A stretch of DNA of 64,000 nucleotides from Marsupella aquatica (lineage: Eukaryota > Plantae > Marchantiophyta). Position 1 is the stretch's first letter; each line of letters starts with the position of its first letter. Of the stretch, positions 25,110 through 38,594 are shown one piece after another. Under the pieces are notes generated by a model, which was given only the letters and a program-made list of their open reading frames with translations, made no database searches and was not told the DNA's origin. Made by a program: the position numbers and the translations under genes. The DNA lies in the NCBI GenBank assembly GCA_973895155.1, contig OZ316892.1, positions 14,748,861-14,812,860 of the forward strand, in the 5' to 3' direction.

Positions 25110-25297
25110 TAATCTGCCACTGTTTCAGTAACCAAGGTCAAGCTGTTTTCAAATCCATCTAGTTAACATACTGGATGGCCAGGATCGCACACAATAGCCC
25201 AATCTTGAAGAGTTGGGGCCATACATGAAAGGGCGTTGTGTGGAAGCTAGGGTTGTAATTAAGCTGGGTTGACATGGGTTGGAACAGTGGCAGATTA
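25110..25297. mobile_element. Degenerate ~190-bp MITE-like element
   Basis: Imperfect ~30-bp inverted repeat: TAATCTGCCACTGTTTCAGTAACCAAGGTCAA ... TTGACATGGGTTGGAACAGTGGCAGATTA. No clear TSD. Confidence 0.45.
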
Positions 25298-27652
25298 CTG
25301 TAGTCAATGAAAGAAAAAAGAGTTTCAATTTAACAATTCTCAGTTTGTTACATCGACTGTTTCAATCCGGAAGTAATCCAATTACACCGCTGGTCAGGAG
25401 CAGGCGACTCTCATTTACATTGGGAAGCACTAGGGTTAATTAGAAGGAAAAGTAGATCGGCTGGCTAATCACCTCTCACCAGAGAAAACAATTTGTTTCA
25501 GAGTACCTGACTAATTATTCTAATAAAACCTAAAACTCATCCTTCATGAATTTTCCATTTTGAAAGTGACAGCATAGTCAAGCTTCTCTCTCATTGAGAG
25601 TGGGGGAGGGTTGGTGTATTAGTCAATTAGGCCATTGGACCTTGCAAATCAGGATGAAATTATTCCGTTGCAATTACACATAGTAAAAATTGTACGTTGA
25701 CACTACCTTGGGAATTTAGTGCAAGCAAGGGTTTGAGAACCTCTAATTCAATTTGGCACAAAGAATGTCCAATGATTGAGAGAGCAAAGAGACAGAGCTG
25801 TAAATGGCTATGGTTACATAGTAATTGTAGACCTAAGAGTACTTGGCTAGGAGTGGCTTCAATGAGAATCCACTCATGGCTTAATTTGTCAATACCTTTT
25901 TGATCTCATACTAGACTTAGCCAAGCTAAACCCATGGTAAAATTAGTTGAGTAGAATTAAAAAATACCGTCTTAGTATAAACCTATGCTAAATTGGATGG
26001 AACATGGGTTCACTGCTACAACTAGTCAAGCATGTTGAACCCCATGCTTAAGGTAGCTAAACATCCATGACCCATTGCTAGACTTGAATTGGCCTAATTA
26101 TCTTTACTAAAATTTGCCAGGCACAATCAAAAGTTAAATTAACAGGATAAGAGTTGCTCTGAAAGGACCCATGGGAGAGTTGGCAGAATTTGGGTCCATG
26201 GCTAAAGCGGGGGCTAAAGGTAGCTAAACATTGATCCAATACTACAGTTGGCTGAGTCATTCTTACTAAAGTTAGCCAAGCTATTCGCCTTCATGAATTT
26301 TCTATTTGTATTTTTCAGTAAGGGCATTATTGGAGAAGAATGCATAGTCAAGATTTGGATAAACTCACAATGAAGAATCTCCTGTATTTTCCTCTATTCT
26401 CCTCCTCTCCTATGTAATCTCTTAGGCTTCTAAGTGTCCTTAGGTCCTGTTAAGGGAGCATTATGGAAAAAATTACCACACAAAACTCTAGCTGAAACCC
26501 TCATTTTTTGAGACATTACATCCCACAATGCCTGGACTTTAATAAATGCACCATACAATTTTAAAATAAAGGACTAAGGAAATCTATATATCAACTAATC
26601 GCAATGAGAAGCTGGAACTGGGGTCTAGGCTTCTAGAGTGAAGACCCTGACTCTACAGCCCACCCAAATTTATGTGGGTGGAAAGAAGATAAAATATATG
26701 TATGTCAAACTGATTCCACCAAGATTTATGTGGATCGGAAAGAAGGATGAGATACTATCATGTCAAAATGATGATCATGCATGCATGATGATCATTTCTA
26801 TTAATATTCACAGAATGGGGACTAGGCATTCAGGCTCACTAAGGTTGTCAGGGGTGACATTCCCATCTAGATGACATCTCATCTTTCAGTCACTTTCTTA
26901 CTGATGGCATCTCATTACGAATGAATCGTACATGTAGGGTCTATAGTAAATGGATTTTGCACGTGGGGTGATTGTTTTCTCGTGTATACAATATCCATGC
27001 ACTCAGCGGTCGATCATATACGGTCGACACATGCCTCACAATGGATCACCAGTCTTCCTTAACTTTACAAGTAATTTTATAGTGACTTTACAAGAACTTG
27101 GGGCAGCCGTTCCTTTTTTTTCTATGTGTGAGATGCAATCCTGGCCTTCACTTAACATGAACTGGGGGCACAATCAACTAAGCAAAACCATTACTGAACC
27201 TAGGTAGTCAACTTTCACTGGGTCCCTTTTTTGCTGATGTGTACATGCTTTTTTGTCAAAAACTCAGACCATGATGGAGCATGTTTTAGTGAATTGCATT
27301 TGTTACCTCCAGACCTGACCCATTTTGGCTTAGGCATTTTGACTCTAGCCCATGGAAGTGGCCATCAGCTTTGCTTTGGATGAAGAGGCGCCAGACCCAG
27401 AACTGGTCCCTACCGTCTTGTAAAGTACACAGATTTAGTAATAGTTCTCATTTTAAAAAAGAAAAAAAAGAAAAAAAGTAATAGCTCTCATTATAAAGTA
27501 CACAGATTTAGGAATGGGTTTCAGCTGCACAAAAGGTGGTGAGTGCTTCACCTTTTATTGACAAATGCACATTCTTTTATGGTGAGACACTCTTCACCAC
27601 CACAGGACAGGAACGAGGAGGAGCGAGGGAGGGAATGGGGCTTTAATACATA

Positions 27653-29429
27653 CTAGCTCAATACCCGTGCATTGCACAAAAGATGTCGTGTCGCCCAAGA
27701 TGTCGTGTCCTCGAAGATGTCGTTAAGACAAAAAGATGATGTGTTGCCCAAAATGTTGTTAAGAACAAATATGTTGTGTCGCCCAAGATGTCGTTAAGAA
27801 AAAAAGATGTGTTGTCGCCCAAGATGTCGTTAAGAAAGAAAATGTAGTGTCGCCCAACTGAAGATGTCATGAAGAAAAAAAATGTTGTGTCACCCAATGT
27901 GTCATTAATGAAGAAAAAATATATTGTGTCACCCAAGATGTTGTTGAGAAGAAAAATGTTGTGACACCAAAGATGTACTTAAGAAAAATGATATTGTGTC
28001 ACCCAAGATGTTGTGGCACCCAATATGTCCTTAAGAAAAGAAATGCCACGTTGCCCAAGATGTCGTTAAGAGAAAAGTTGTCATTAAGTAAAAAAGACGT
28101 TGTTAAGACAAAAGTTGCACAAAAGATGGTGTGATGAGAGAAATATGTTGAGGTGAAAATAGATGTTGAGGTGAGAAAAAGAAGTTGAAGTGAGAAAAAG
28201 AAGTGGAGGTGAGAAAAAGATGTCGAGGTGAACAAAGATGTTGATGAGAAAAAGAGATGTTGAGCTAAGAAAAAGAAGTAGAGCAAAAACTATGTCAAGG
28301 AGAGAAAAGATGGCGATGTGAGAAAAATATGTGAAGATGAGGAAAAGATGTTGAGGGTGAGGGAAAGATGTTGTGGTGAGATAAAAATGTGAAGTTGAGA
28401 AATAGGTCAGATTTCGAGGTGAAAACAAATGTCAATGACAAAAAGAGATGTTGAGGTGAGACAAAGAAGTCAAGGTGATGTTGAGGAGAGAAAAAACATG
28501 GTGAGGTGAGAAAATGACGTTGAGGAGAGAAAATATGTTGAGGGTGAGGGAAAGATGTGGTGAGAAAAGATGTCAAGTCAGGTGAGAAAATATATCAAGG
28601 ACCTAAATGATGTTGAGGGTGAGAAAAAATTGTCATGAGATAATGTCAATGTCAGAAAAAATGGCGAGATGAGAAAAATATGTCAAGGCAAGGTAGAGTT
28701 GTTGTGATGGTGTGCAACAACTCGTGCACTGCACATAGAAATCGGAGGCTGAGATAATAGTCACCGCAACATAGAGTCCAAGCACAACCAAGTGATAGAA
28801 AAATTATTTAAAATTTAAAATTTTTAGAGAAATTAATATCATATATACATTATTAATACTCAAGTTTTTTCAAACTTTAAAGTTCTTATCCAATTCTTTA
28901 CGTCTCAATTTGAATAATTATTTTTTAATAATATTCAATTTTTTATTTTTTATCTTGGTTGGGTTGAGGTAGGTTATGGGTAGCTTGGGCAGAGGTAATC
29001 CAGGTTAATCGAGATATGGATGGATCCTACATTTACAGAAAAACAAATTTTTACTTAAGACCTAGGATTGTTCCCATTTTTTCTTGAGTTTGTAAATAAT
29101 ACCATATCCATTTTTAGAGGATATGGTATATCACTTATGATACTCTTGCATACAACTGGGTTAGGTACATTTTTGTCTTTTGTTCCCACCATTAGATTTT
29201 TTTTGTGTGAAAAGTGCATGCAACAGGGTTAGTTACATTTTTTGTTTTTTGTGTACACCAATTGATTACTGTTTGTGTGAAAAGATTTACTGTACTTTTT
29301 GGTTCACACTGTATTTAATTTGCTTTTGGTTTTATTCGTTCTATTTATTGGTTATTTCTTTTCTTGGCACTGTATTTTTGAATGACGACCACTGCATAAA
29401 AAGGCGCAACCTTGTATTATAGTTCTTGA
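27653..29429 (-). mobile_element. Non-autonomous Helitron, 1777 bp
   Basis: The minus strand begins TCAAGAACTATAATAC and ends GTGCAATGCACGGGTATTGAGCTAG (sub-terminal hairpin plus CTAG). It is inserted between A and T with no TSD, and the empty site CCCA|TATG is seen at 29928/29929. Confidence 0.92.
27680..28690. repeat. Minisatellite array inside the Helitron
   Basis: ~33-bp units GTGTCGCCCAAGATGTCGTTAAGAAAAAAAGAT (27680-28080) grade into ~19-bp units GATGTTGAGGTGAGAAAAA (28130-28690). Confidence 0.9.
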
Positions 29430-32103
29430 TGGGCAGGTGTGTTTTAAGATGGACTGAAAGTCACCTTTTCTAGAGACGTACTAGCAAGGGACAGTACCAC
29501 TCACGCGATTCATGTTGAAGGGTTAAATGAAGCGATCCATAATACTACTGTAATTCTTTACCTAATAATGTTTTAGTGAATTGCATTTGTTACCTCCAGA
29601 CCTGACCCATTTTGGCTTAGGCATTTTGACTCTAGCCCATGGAAGTGGCCATCAGCTTTGCTTTGGATGAAGAGAAGCCAGACCCAGAACTGGTCCCTAC
29701 CGTCTTGTAAAGTACACAGATTTAGTAATAGTTCTCATTTTAAAAAAGAAAAAAAGAAAAAAAGTAATAGCTCTCATTATAAAGTACACAGATTTAAGAA
29801 TGGGTTTCAGCTGCACAAAAGGTGGTGAGTGCTTCACCTTTTATTGACAAATGCACATTCTTTTATGGTGAGACACTCTTCACCACCACAGGGGAGGAGC
29901 GAGGGAGGGAATGGGGCTTTAATACATATGGGCAGGTGTGTTTTAAGATGGACTGAAAGTCACCTTTTCTAGAGACGTACTAGCAAGGGACAGTACCACT
30001 CACGCGATTCATGTTGAAGGGTTAAATGAAGCGATCCATAATACTACTGTAATTCTCCGTAGCTTATCTCGAAGAGCACACTCTTCGGAAGATTCGAATC
30101 TCTCTCGCACCACCTCTCTACAACCACTAGACTTCCGTAATCAAATGCCCTTCGAATGATCGATGGCCTAATGTATCTAAATCATATAATTATCCTGCCC
30201 CTCAAATACAAACAGAGCAGTGTGGTCATTGGAGATCGTCGAAATTAGATCCTAATTCGATGCGCTAATTGCGTTCCTTGCTCTCAAATTAAATGCCCCG
30301 TGGTCTGATTGTGATGCTGTGCGCTCGTCTGACCACATTACAGTGTTTTACTCTAGACAGGGAGAGCTCTGTCTGAATTCGGTATGTCCACTTCCTTTCT
30401 CCAGTTCTCTTCATCTGCTCTGCATTCTTCCTGTGCTGAAAGAATTGCAGAAAGTATCGGTCTACTGAATTGTTGCAGGAATCTCAACCGCTTAGGATAT
30501 GGAATGTAGATTCGTTGTGCGGGTTTTGGTTTCCTATAAGCCATGAAAGTGTTCTCCCGATGACTTACAGTAGATGGCCGTGGGGAGTGGGCGGAGAGTT
30601 GATTTGAGGTGGGAGGGCGATGGGTCTCATATTCTCGATTTCCCACCTTCTTAGGCGTCCTGTTGCTTACTTATCCTGATTTCGAAGAAGAGACAGGCTG
30701 TTTGATTTCTTCCGTCCATGGATTTCTGCTGGTTCTATGGTGTGGCTTCATAATCTCCGTTTGAACTTGGAGTTGTTTGGGCTGTCATTTCAATCGGCTG
30801 CAGATGTAGCGGTTGCCACCGGCATCGCCAACGCTTGAGTTTTCCTTTCCTGGACTGTTTGTCAGCTCAATTCGACGTGTGGCTTGGTTCGTGGATCTCT
30901 TATTGAGACAGACAAAGAAGGCTCCATTTGGAAGGTTGGCAGGTTTGTTTTGTTCTTTCTAGCTCCGAAAATGCTCTCTCCTTGACTTGAAAGGCTTGCG
31001 ATCGAGCAAACTTATGGAACAGATGAGGCAGTGAGTGACAGTGGACAATCCTTCATTCTTTTTTCCAGCATTGTTACCCGGAATCACGCAAGTCATGCCG
31101 CTTGCAACGGTTCAAAGTCTGGTAGAATTCAGCTTGTCATTGGACAATCCGTTGCATTTGTGGACGGAATTGTAGAACTTCAAGTAATGGCTAATTTGAG
31201 TACGATAGGAAGAAACAATTTCAAGTGTCCTAAGGATCGTACAGCTCTGGAGAAATTTATGGTAGAGTACAAAAGTAGTAGAAATCATTGACAGAAGTTC
31301 TCTGGCTCCGATCGATCACGGCTCCGAGATGCTAGCGAAAGAGATAAACCAAACTATCATTGTGCAATCCGGCAGCCAATTCAATGATCGCCGCGAATAA
31401 GAATGTAGAGCATATCCACGGCAACGGAGCTGAAACCGATTGAAGCTTTCGGCAATTTGCATCTAGGATAGGAGTACACATTGCTTAACGCTTAATGCGC
31501 ATGGCGACGAACTCTTCTTTCCTTGCTTCAATCTTGTATGAGCTCTGTTTGAAGTGCAGAAGTTTTAAAATTATTTTGCATAGCAATTGTTGATTTCGTT
31601 GCCGAGCTTCAGAATGTTTTCCTCGTTGGTTTCTTTCGTTGGCGGCTTAGACAGGTTGCTCATTTGGGAACATCAAAAGATTCTCTGTCAGGATACTCGT
31701 GATATTAATGATTCTTCATAGAGAAGTAGAACAGCTTGGCCAATGGAGTGCCCGAAGATGTGTCTCTCAACTCATAGAGTTAACATTGAATGGCGAATTC
31801 CGTGGTCCCATCCTCGATACCTCATGGAACCTTCCAATTGTTTGGGCGACAGCATTCACGTTAAGTAGCTTGAGAACTTCATGTTGCACAATTTTCCTCG
31901 GAGCTGTTCAGAAAGTTGTCCCGTTTGTATCGTTCTCTTCAGATAGTCAATTGCACTTATCTAGTAGACCATCAAGCTGGCAAGGTTCTCTCTGAGCGAC
32001 GCAAATGGATGCCTGACGAATATTGCAGACAGAGTTAGTGTCAAACGTGGTCGACAGACCTTGTAATGAAAAGGCAATAAGGCGGGTTGAGTTTGCAGGC
32101 ACT

Positions 32104-35100
32104 ATGGAGCGAGCCTTGTCCTTCGAGACTTGCGCGCAACACATGACTTCAGTACAAGGGCTTCAGAGACCGTCATCAGTCTGTCATCTGGAAACAGCTT
32201 ACCCATCTCGGTCATTAGGAGGGTTTGCGCACGTCTCTGCTTGTGCGACACTCGGGAGCATCGGTCCACGAAGCAACCTGGCCTCGGAAATGAAATATAT
32301 GAGAGGTCTATTTGTTAAACCTCTCGTGGGCCCAAAATCCAAGACAAGCAGGTTTCCAAGTCTCTGTATGGCAAAATCAACAGAAGTGGATAACAGCCAG
32401 ACAACTGAAGAAAAAGTGGGTTCTTTCTCACCCTCTTTGATCATGGTAATTATTCTCATGTCCAAAGTGGGGCAAGTGAAACATCTGGATTGCAAACCAA
32501 GAGGTGTGAATCGACTTATCATCTGTTTTGGTGCTGTGTCTAGCTTGCAAGCCTTATTGCTGCAAATGAGAGGCTGCTTGCACGACTTGCAGAGTTGGAG
32601 GCAACAGTTGATCAATTTGAGGCGGAAGGTTTGATTCTAGGTGTGAAGAGAGTGGAGTCTGTTGCGCCAAGCTTGGACTCGGAAGAACAGTTAGGTGAGA
32701 CATTCCAATCCGAGGCTTAAAATCAGAAACATAGGTAGCCATCTACTAGAGCTTATCCAAGGATTCTATCCTGCATTTGCTCGGTGGTTTGCCTTCCCTC
32801 GAGAAGAAGTGAATTTCCTAGTACATTTTGTACTTGTACGAAACCTAACTTGTATGCTTTACCTTGCTACTTAGGGCAGGTAGCAGACATATCGGGCCTG
32901 GAGCATGTAGAGAAGCGCCTCGTAAATGGGAAAGCCGTCCAAGATCTAGCCAAGGTTGGAAATATGCAGTGGCCATCTCCTAACGATGATGTACCTTTCT
33001 GGAAGCGAAAAATGGGGAACAAGATTGACATCGACTCCAAAACTGAGAGAGATCCGTCTGGAGTAGGAATTGGCACCTCAGGGGATAGCGACCCTGTGTA
33101 TGTAATACATATAACTGCTGAGATGGCACCGATAGCTAAAGTGGGAGGATTAGGAGACGTCGTGACCGGACTTGGACGAGCGTGTTTGGCAAGGGGCCAC
33201 AAAGTTCTTGTAATGCTCCCATACTACGAATGCTTGGATAGTCGAGAAGTTGCAGGGCTGCTGGAAGTGGAATCGTACTCCTCATATCATAGAGGATCTT
33301 GGATCCCAGTTAAAGCCTTTCAAGGCACAGTTGCGGGGGTTCCAGTGCTCCTCATACAGCCAAGCAATCAGTTATTTAAGGGACCTGCAATCTATGGAGG
33401 AGCTTATGATGAGATGGAGGCCTACCTATTCTTCTGTCGGGCTACTCTTGAAAAGTTGCAGGTTTGACCCTTGAGTACATACTTTCACATCCTCTGTAAA
33501 TAAGATTGCATTTTCATGGAGCCGCGAGCAATATGTCGCTAGATTGATCGAGAAACAAAGGAATATGAGCAAACTGATTATTTTATAATTTTTTTAACGT
33601 GTATTTAACACTTAAAGTTGTATATCTTTTCTTGCAAACTATTAGGAACATTTCGCATCGCAGTGCTGTTTGGTAAACATGTGATGCTTGTGTTTTACAT
33701 TGCAGATTAGTGGAGAACAGCCTGACATTATTCATATACATGAGTGGCAAATTGGTGCTGTGGCGATGCTCTACTGGGACATGTACCATCAGCTTTCACT
33801 AAAGGTTGCTGACGAGCACTCTTCTTTTCTACAGAATTCTTGGTTCAGAGATTTTCAATTGTTGCGTATGTCTGAAATTGAGCTGCCTTGTGCCAGTTGC
33901 TGAGGGTATGAATTGATGATATGCCAGAAAAATCGCATCTTGCTCTGATGGTCCCAGTGATGGCTTATCACTCAATCGGCCGATCATTGTCGATGAACAT
34001 TCAGAACATTATAGGCGAGATATATCATCTACCCAAATTCTGTAAACCAGAATAGCTCCACTAGTGCCTATGTTTGTTGCCATATCATTTGATGCAACTT
34101 TTACGTCTTTTGACAGAAACCGAGGATCATTCTGACGATTCACAATATGGAGCACTATGGCGAGTGCAGGCACGTCTCTTTAACAAACCTATGAAGAGCG
34201 GAAATCACCAGCCTGCTCGTAAAAGTTGGTTATTACTCATGTGGATTCTTGCTATAGACGCTTTGTTTCATGTTTGACATACTGAGATACAGTGCTTTCT
34301 CTTCAAGTTGATCAAGTATCTTTCCATGTGCGTGTTCCAGAAGTTCGCACCGATCAATGAATTTAAACCTGACAATTGCTAAAGGTCTTGTAGGATTCTT
34401 CTAGAAGCTGAGGTAGTGTAGGAGCAAATTAGGTTCTCACGAGTACCAGTGTCTCCCTGGTCTCACATTCTCTCTTTCTGTACTAGATAGAATCTCTCTT
34501 TGCTTTACATTCCCCTTGGTCTGTATCTCCAAAGTGTTGACCTTATCACGTTTCTGTACTAATTTCTCTTTAATTATTAATCGGGACGCTATCGATTGCA
34601 GAGTGGAGCAGATAAGCATGTGTGGACTGAATGGTTCAGCTTACAGTACTATTGACAAGGTAGGCTTCTTAAGTACTGAACGTACTGGAAGTCAGCTGAT
34701 GTACTGTGCTGTATCTGTCCTGCTGGAAGCCGGAAAGTCCAAAATTTATTTCTTAGACTTTTTGCCTTGCTCGTGCCTTTCAATTACTCCCGTACATTCT
34801 CAAGTACTCACAAGTTCAGCTTCTGTGGCTTTATGCATTCAGGCTGTTGATGAGCGGACAATTGGACACAATCCCGAAAGGCTGAGCTTGCTCAAGGGTG
34901 GAATTGTTTACAGCAACGCTGTAACGTACGGTGACTCCGTTTCCCTGTCTTGTTTTGTTTGAATCAACTAGAGTAGAATACCATAGCAGCTCAGCATTAT
35001 TATTTTGCACGCTCATTTGTCAAAATTTCGACTAAGCTATGGAGCGATCTCTCCTCTTACTTGTTTCAGGACTGTGTCTCCAACTTATGCAAATGAGACA

Positions 35101-37237
35101 CTCTGTTCAGGGTGGTTGGCAAATACTCTCTTGAAGCATCGTTCAAAGTAAGTTTAACGGCTCTTTATCTTTGTACGTCAGAAACAAGTTTACTCCATGA
35201 ACTGATGCAGCCTTGGCAAACAGGCAGAACTGGATAGAATCTATCAAGAAAAGCAAAATTCGGACAAAGCTACTGAACACATGGGACTGGCATGGTTTGA
35301 ACACAAATGACGCAATTTGTCACTAATACTTGGGTTCCAATGCTTTCTGTTGAATTATCAAATATCCAGGTATTCAGGCATTCTGAACGGGATCGACACA
35401 GTATTATGGGATCCTGCGAACGATCCATTCTTGCCAATGGGATTTAGTGGTAAGGGTACCAACAGCATACAATAATCCAGGATTTCTCTGACCTCTGTTT
35501 AAGTGTGAGCTGCGGATCAATTCATTACACAGAATCTAACAATTACGAGTGAGTGAACTCGAATCGTCAGCCACATGACTCAATGTAACAGCAGAATAGC
35601 ATGGCCGGCAATACTCTTTAGCAAGTGATCCCGGACATATCCTGAGATTTTCACCGAATGTGTGTAGCCAAGAAGCTCTTGGGAAAGCAAGTTTGCAAAC
35701 AATACGTCCAGCGAGGTTTGGGTTTGCAACCTGACGACTTTTCAGGAGACGGCAATGTTTCTTCTCAAGCGCGACGGTCTCCTTTAGCGATATGTATTAC
35801 CAGATTGGTTGCCCAGAAGGGCATACACCTCATACGTCATGCCATCAATCAGATCGGTGAACGTGTAAGTAGTCCAATGCCTCTATGTCTTCCTGGATCA
35901 ACAATCGTCTTATACTATCCTTTTGTCTCTTTTTCGTAAAACTTGCTGTGGCATCACCCCCATGTTACTGCAACTTATTTCCAAAATTTCGCAAACAGGG
36001 TGGTCAGTTTGTACTGCTAGGAACCGCACCCGATCCCCGTGTCCAAGCTGAATTCGAAGGCCTCGCCCGACAGGTACTCCTGTAAATCAAATCCTATATA
36101 GATACGATTCACATTATCGACTACATTTGTGTCGTGGGCTTCGGAATGCTCAATTTCGCAACCGAGAATAATTTTCAATTGCGGATTCTTTACTGACTAG
36201 ATGTCGTGGTTACCCAGCTGGCGGACAGCAAGAATATACGGCTCCTCCTCTTTTACAGGTGCGATGTTCATTGGGCAGACGGATGGTGCATTATCTGCAA
36301 CAAGCGTGTGCAGCGATTTGGGAGTCCTGGTTTCGTTCTAATTCGCAGCATCCCTGTAGTTACTTATATATTTATGTGTTGTTTTGGAACAGTGAGGAGC
36401 TCGCACATATGCTCTATGCCGCCGGAGATATTGTTCTGGTGCCTTCGATGTTTGAGCCGTGTGGACTAACTCAAATGATTGGAATGCGATACGGGGCGGT
36501 AAAGCTTTACCTTGCATTGCTCTTCGCCTGATTTGGTCCACATCTCAAAATTATCTGCAGGCTTTGTTGTTTTTGCTGTTCGCATAAGCCTCAGATGTGG
36601 TGCTCTCTGTTCCAGTAAGCCCCCTTCTGCTTTTACTCCGCGACTTACATAATGGTTGCACTTCAATGTTGCAGATCCCCCTAGTCAGGAGAACGGGTGG
36701 CTTGGCAGATACCGTGTTTGATGTGGATGACAACTCTGCAGCTGAAAAAGCGAACGGGTAAGTCTGCCCACTCTGTTGCTCCTTATGTCTCTTTGTTGAT
36801 CGTCATATGCATTTGATTCATCATTATATGTAAGATTTGTTGCACAATTGCACCTCTGACCAGTTTTGGGACCACAGGTTTGTGTTTGATGGTATCACTG
36901 AAGAAGCATTCGATGGTGCGCTGAATCGAGCCCTCAGCTATTATCAGCAACGTAAGCAATACAATTCTGCAGCATACTTCTCTCTTTGTGATTCATCAGA
37001 GTATTTTCTTCGCTTGCTTGGACCATGCGAGACCAGATTCGACTACATGTGTTAGTTTCTATCTATTCAACGCTGGAAAGTCGGGTCATCATGCAGTTCT
37101 GATGTGTAACGATCTTCCAAACAGGCCCAGAATGGTGGCAGAATTTGACATCTCAAGCCATGGAGGTGGACTACAGTTGGAATAAATCAGCCCAGGAATA
37201 CGTGGCACTCTACAACTCTGTGAGAGTTCGAGTCTGA
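32104..37237 (+). CDS. Plastid soluble starch synthase (GT5), SS4-related, most likely SS6/SSVI class
   Basis: 16 exons: 32104-32415, 32544-32628, ~32875-33461, 33706-33804, 34117-34169, 34602-34659, 34843-34925, 35070-35147, 35370-35449, 35668-35864, 35999-36073, 36218-36258, 36393-36498, 36675-36757, 36878-36951, 37125-37237. Motifs: [67 protein letters not shown]. It has a short coiled coil and a [12 protein letters not shown]-terminal motif. The start codon is inferred. Confidence 0.93.
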
Positions 37238-38594
37238 AAATGTGCTTGAATTCTGGTGAGCTGTTGTCAACCCCTCCACCATGCAACTGGTATCCAAGAT
37301 GGAAATAGAATCGGTAATAAACGTCACCCGTCGTCGCTCCGAGCTGTGTTCGTACACTAAAAGGTTCGACATTCTGCAGCTTTAGTGTTACTGGTTCAGC
37401 CGACCACCATCACCATGATAGAGAATGTTGTGGTCAGCTGAAACTTGAACTCCTTGGTGGGAGTGAGTTCCATCTGGCAATGGGTCAGGAGCCTATTAGC
37501 TCCGAAAGTCTCAATATCGGGAACGTAGAAGGTTTGTGCAAAGCAAAGTGAGTGAATTTACTCTTTGAAGTCCGCGTTCGGTCTTTGCCATGCTTCAGAT
37601 CTCATCAGTGGCAGGGATTAGACAAGAATAAAGATACAAAAAGAAGTCAGGTTTCAGCTTGATGATATTCACTCACATTTGCATGTACGAGTGAAGTAAA
37701 GAGATGCATCAAGTCGGGGGATTCAGGTTGACATTCATATGACAAATCCGCGGATTCTGTAGAACAGTGGAACGTGAAAATCCCAATGTCTGGTCCTGAC
37801 AACGTTGATGACTAGTACCTCCTGAAAGTTGTGGCTCATATCATCGATCACCCGCTAAGCAAGTTGGAAATCACGAAGTGTCTAGAAAGGTTGACAGTCA
37901 GACACCGGACGAGCAGACTCTTGAAAATTATGGAACCCTTTCGTCGTACGAAGTCGTAATCGTGCTTTATTGTAAATGCTTTCCATGTTGCCCTTCTTGA
38001 TTTTCCTCTACTATACCACTAATAATGTTAGTCTAGGGAAACTTGCACTTGTGCTACAGATGTATCCATAGTTTCAGATTGGAAAAACCCTGTCAAGACC
38101 GCTCTCAAAGTGTGCAGACTTGAAAATTAACAGTCCGGCGGCACTTCGAAGAAAATACAGGTCGTATGCAAATCTTGGAATCCCCTAATTGAGTGACTAG
38201 AGATAATAGGTGTGACTGGAGCCGTCAGGCCTTGTCAAGAGACTTTTCACTTTTGAAACTTTCCAAAGCACAAGAGCGGTGATCCATAATCTTTGCTAAA
38301 TGAAATGCCAGTTTTACCGTGCAAGAAAATTTAGAGCAAATCGTCTGAACCCCATCGGATTTGACATGAGAAACTCCAGACAGATAATCGGTCCAGCCTC
38401 TAAAGCTGTGTAATATTAAATATGGTACAGCTCATGAAAACCCCTCCCAGCCCTAGCGCTGACCTCTGACCCACTACTCGACCTAAATCCATACTAAGCA
38501 GGCCCAAGCCCAAATAAGATGGTTCAATCGGCATCCTTGACAGTCTACAACACGTCAAAGGTCCACAAGATTAATTGGGACAAACTAACGTCAA

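Larger units (their letters stand above)
27281..30056. repeat. ~490-bp near-identical tandem duplication; copy 1 is interrupted by a Helitron
   Basis: Copy 1 = 27281-27652 + 29430-29557; copy 2 = 29568-30056. A 10-bp filler TTACCTAATA separates them. The copies differ by only a few substitutions, a 1-bp indel and one ~10-bp indel. Confidence 0.95.

Noticed and set aside
27680-28080. Regular ~33-bp repeats resembling a CRISPR array
   Set aside because: No unique spacers, degenerate units, eukaryotic context and no cas genes.
27658-28576. Several F/S/T/H-rich minus-strand ORFs
   Set aside because: Translations of the Helitron minisatellite.
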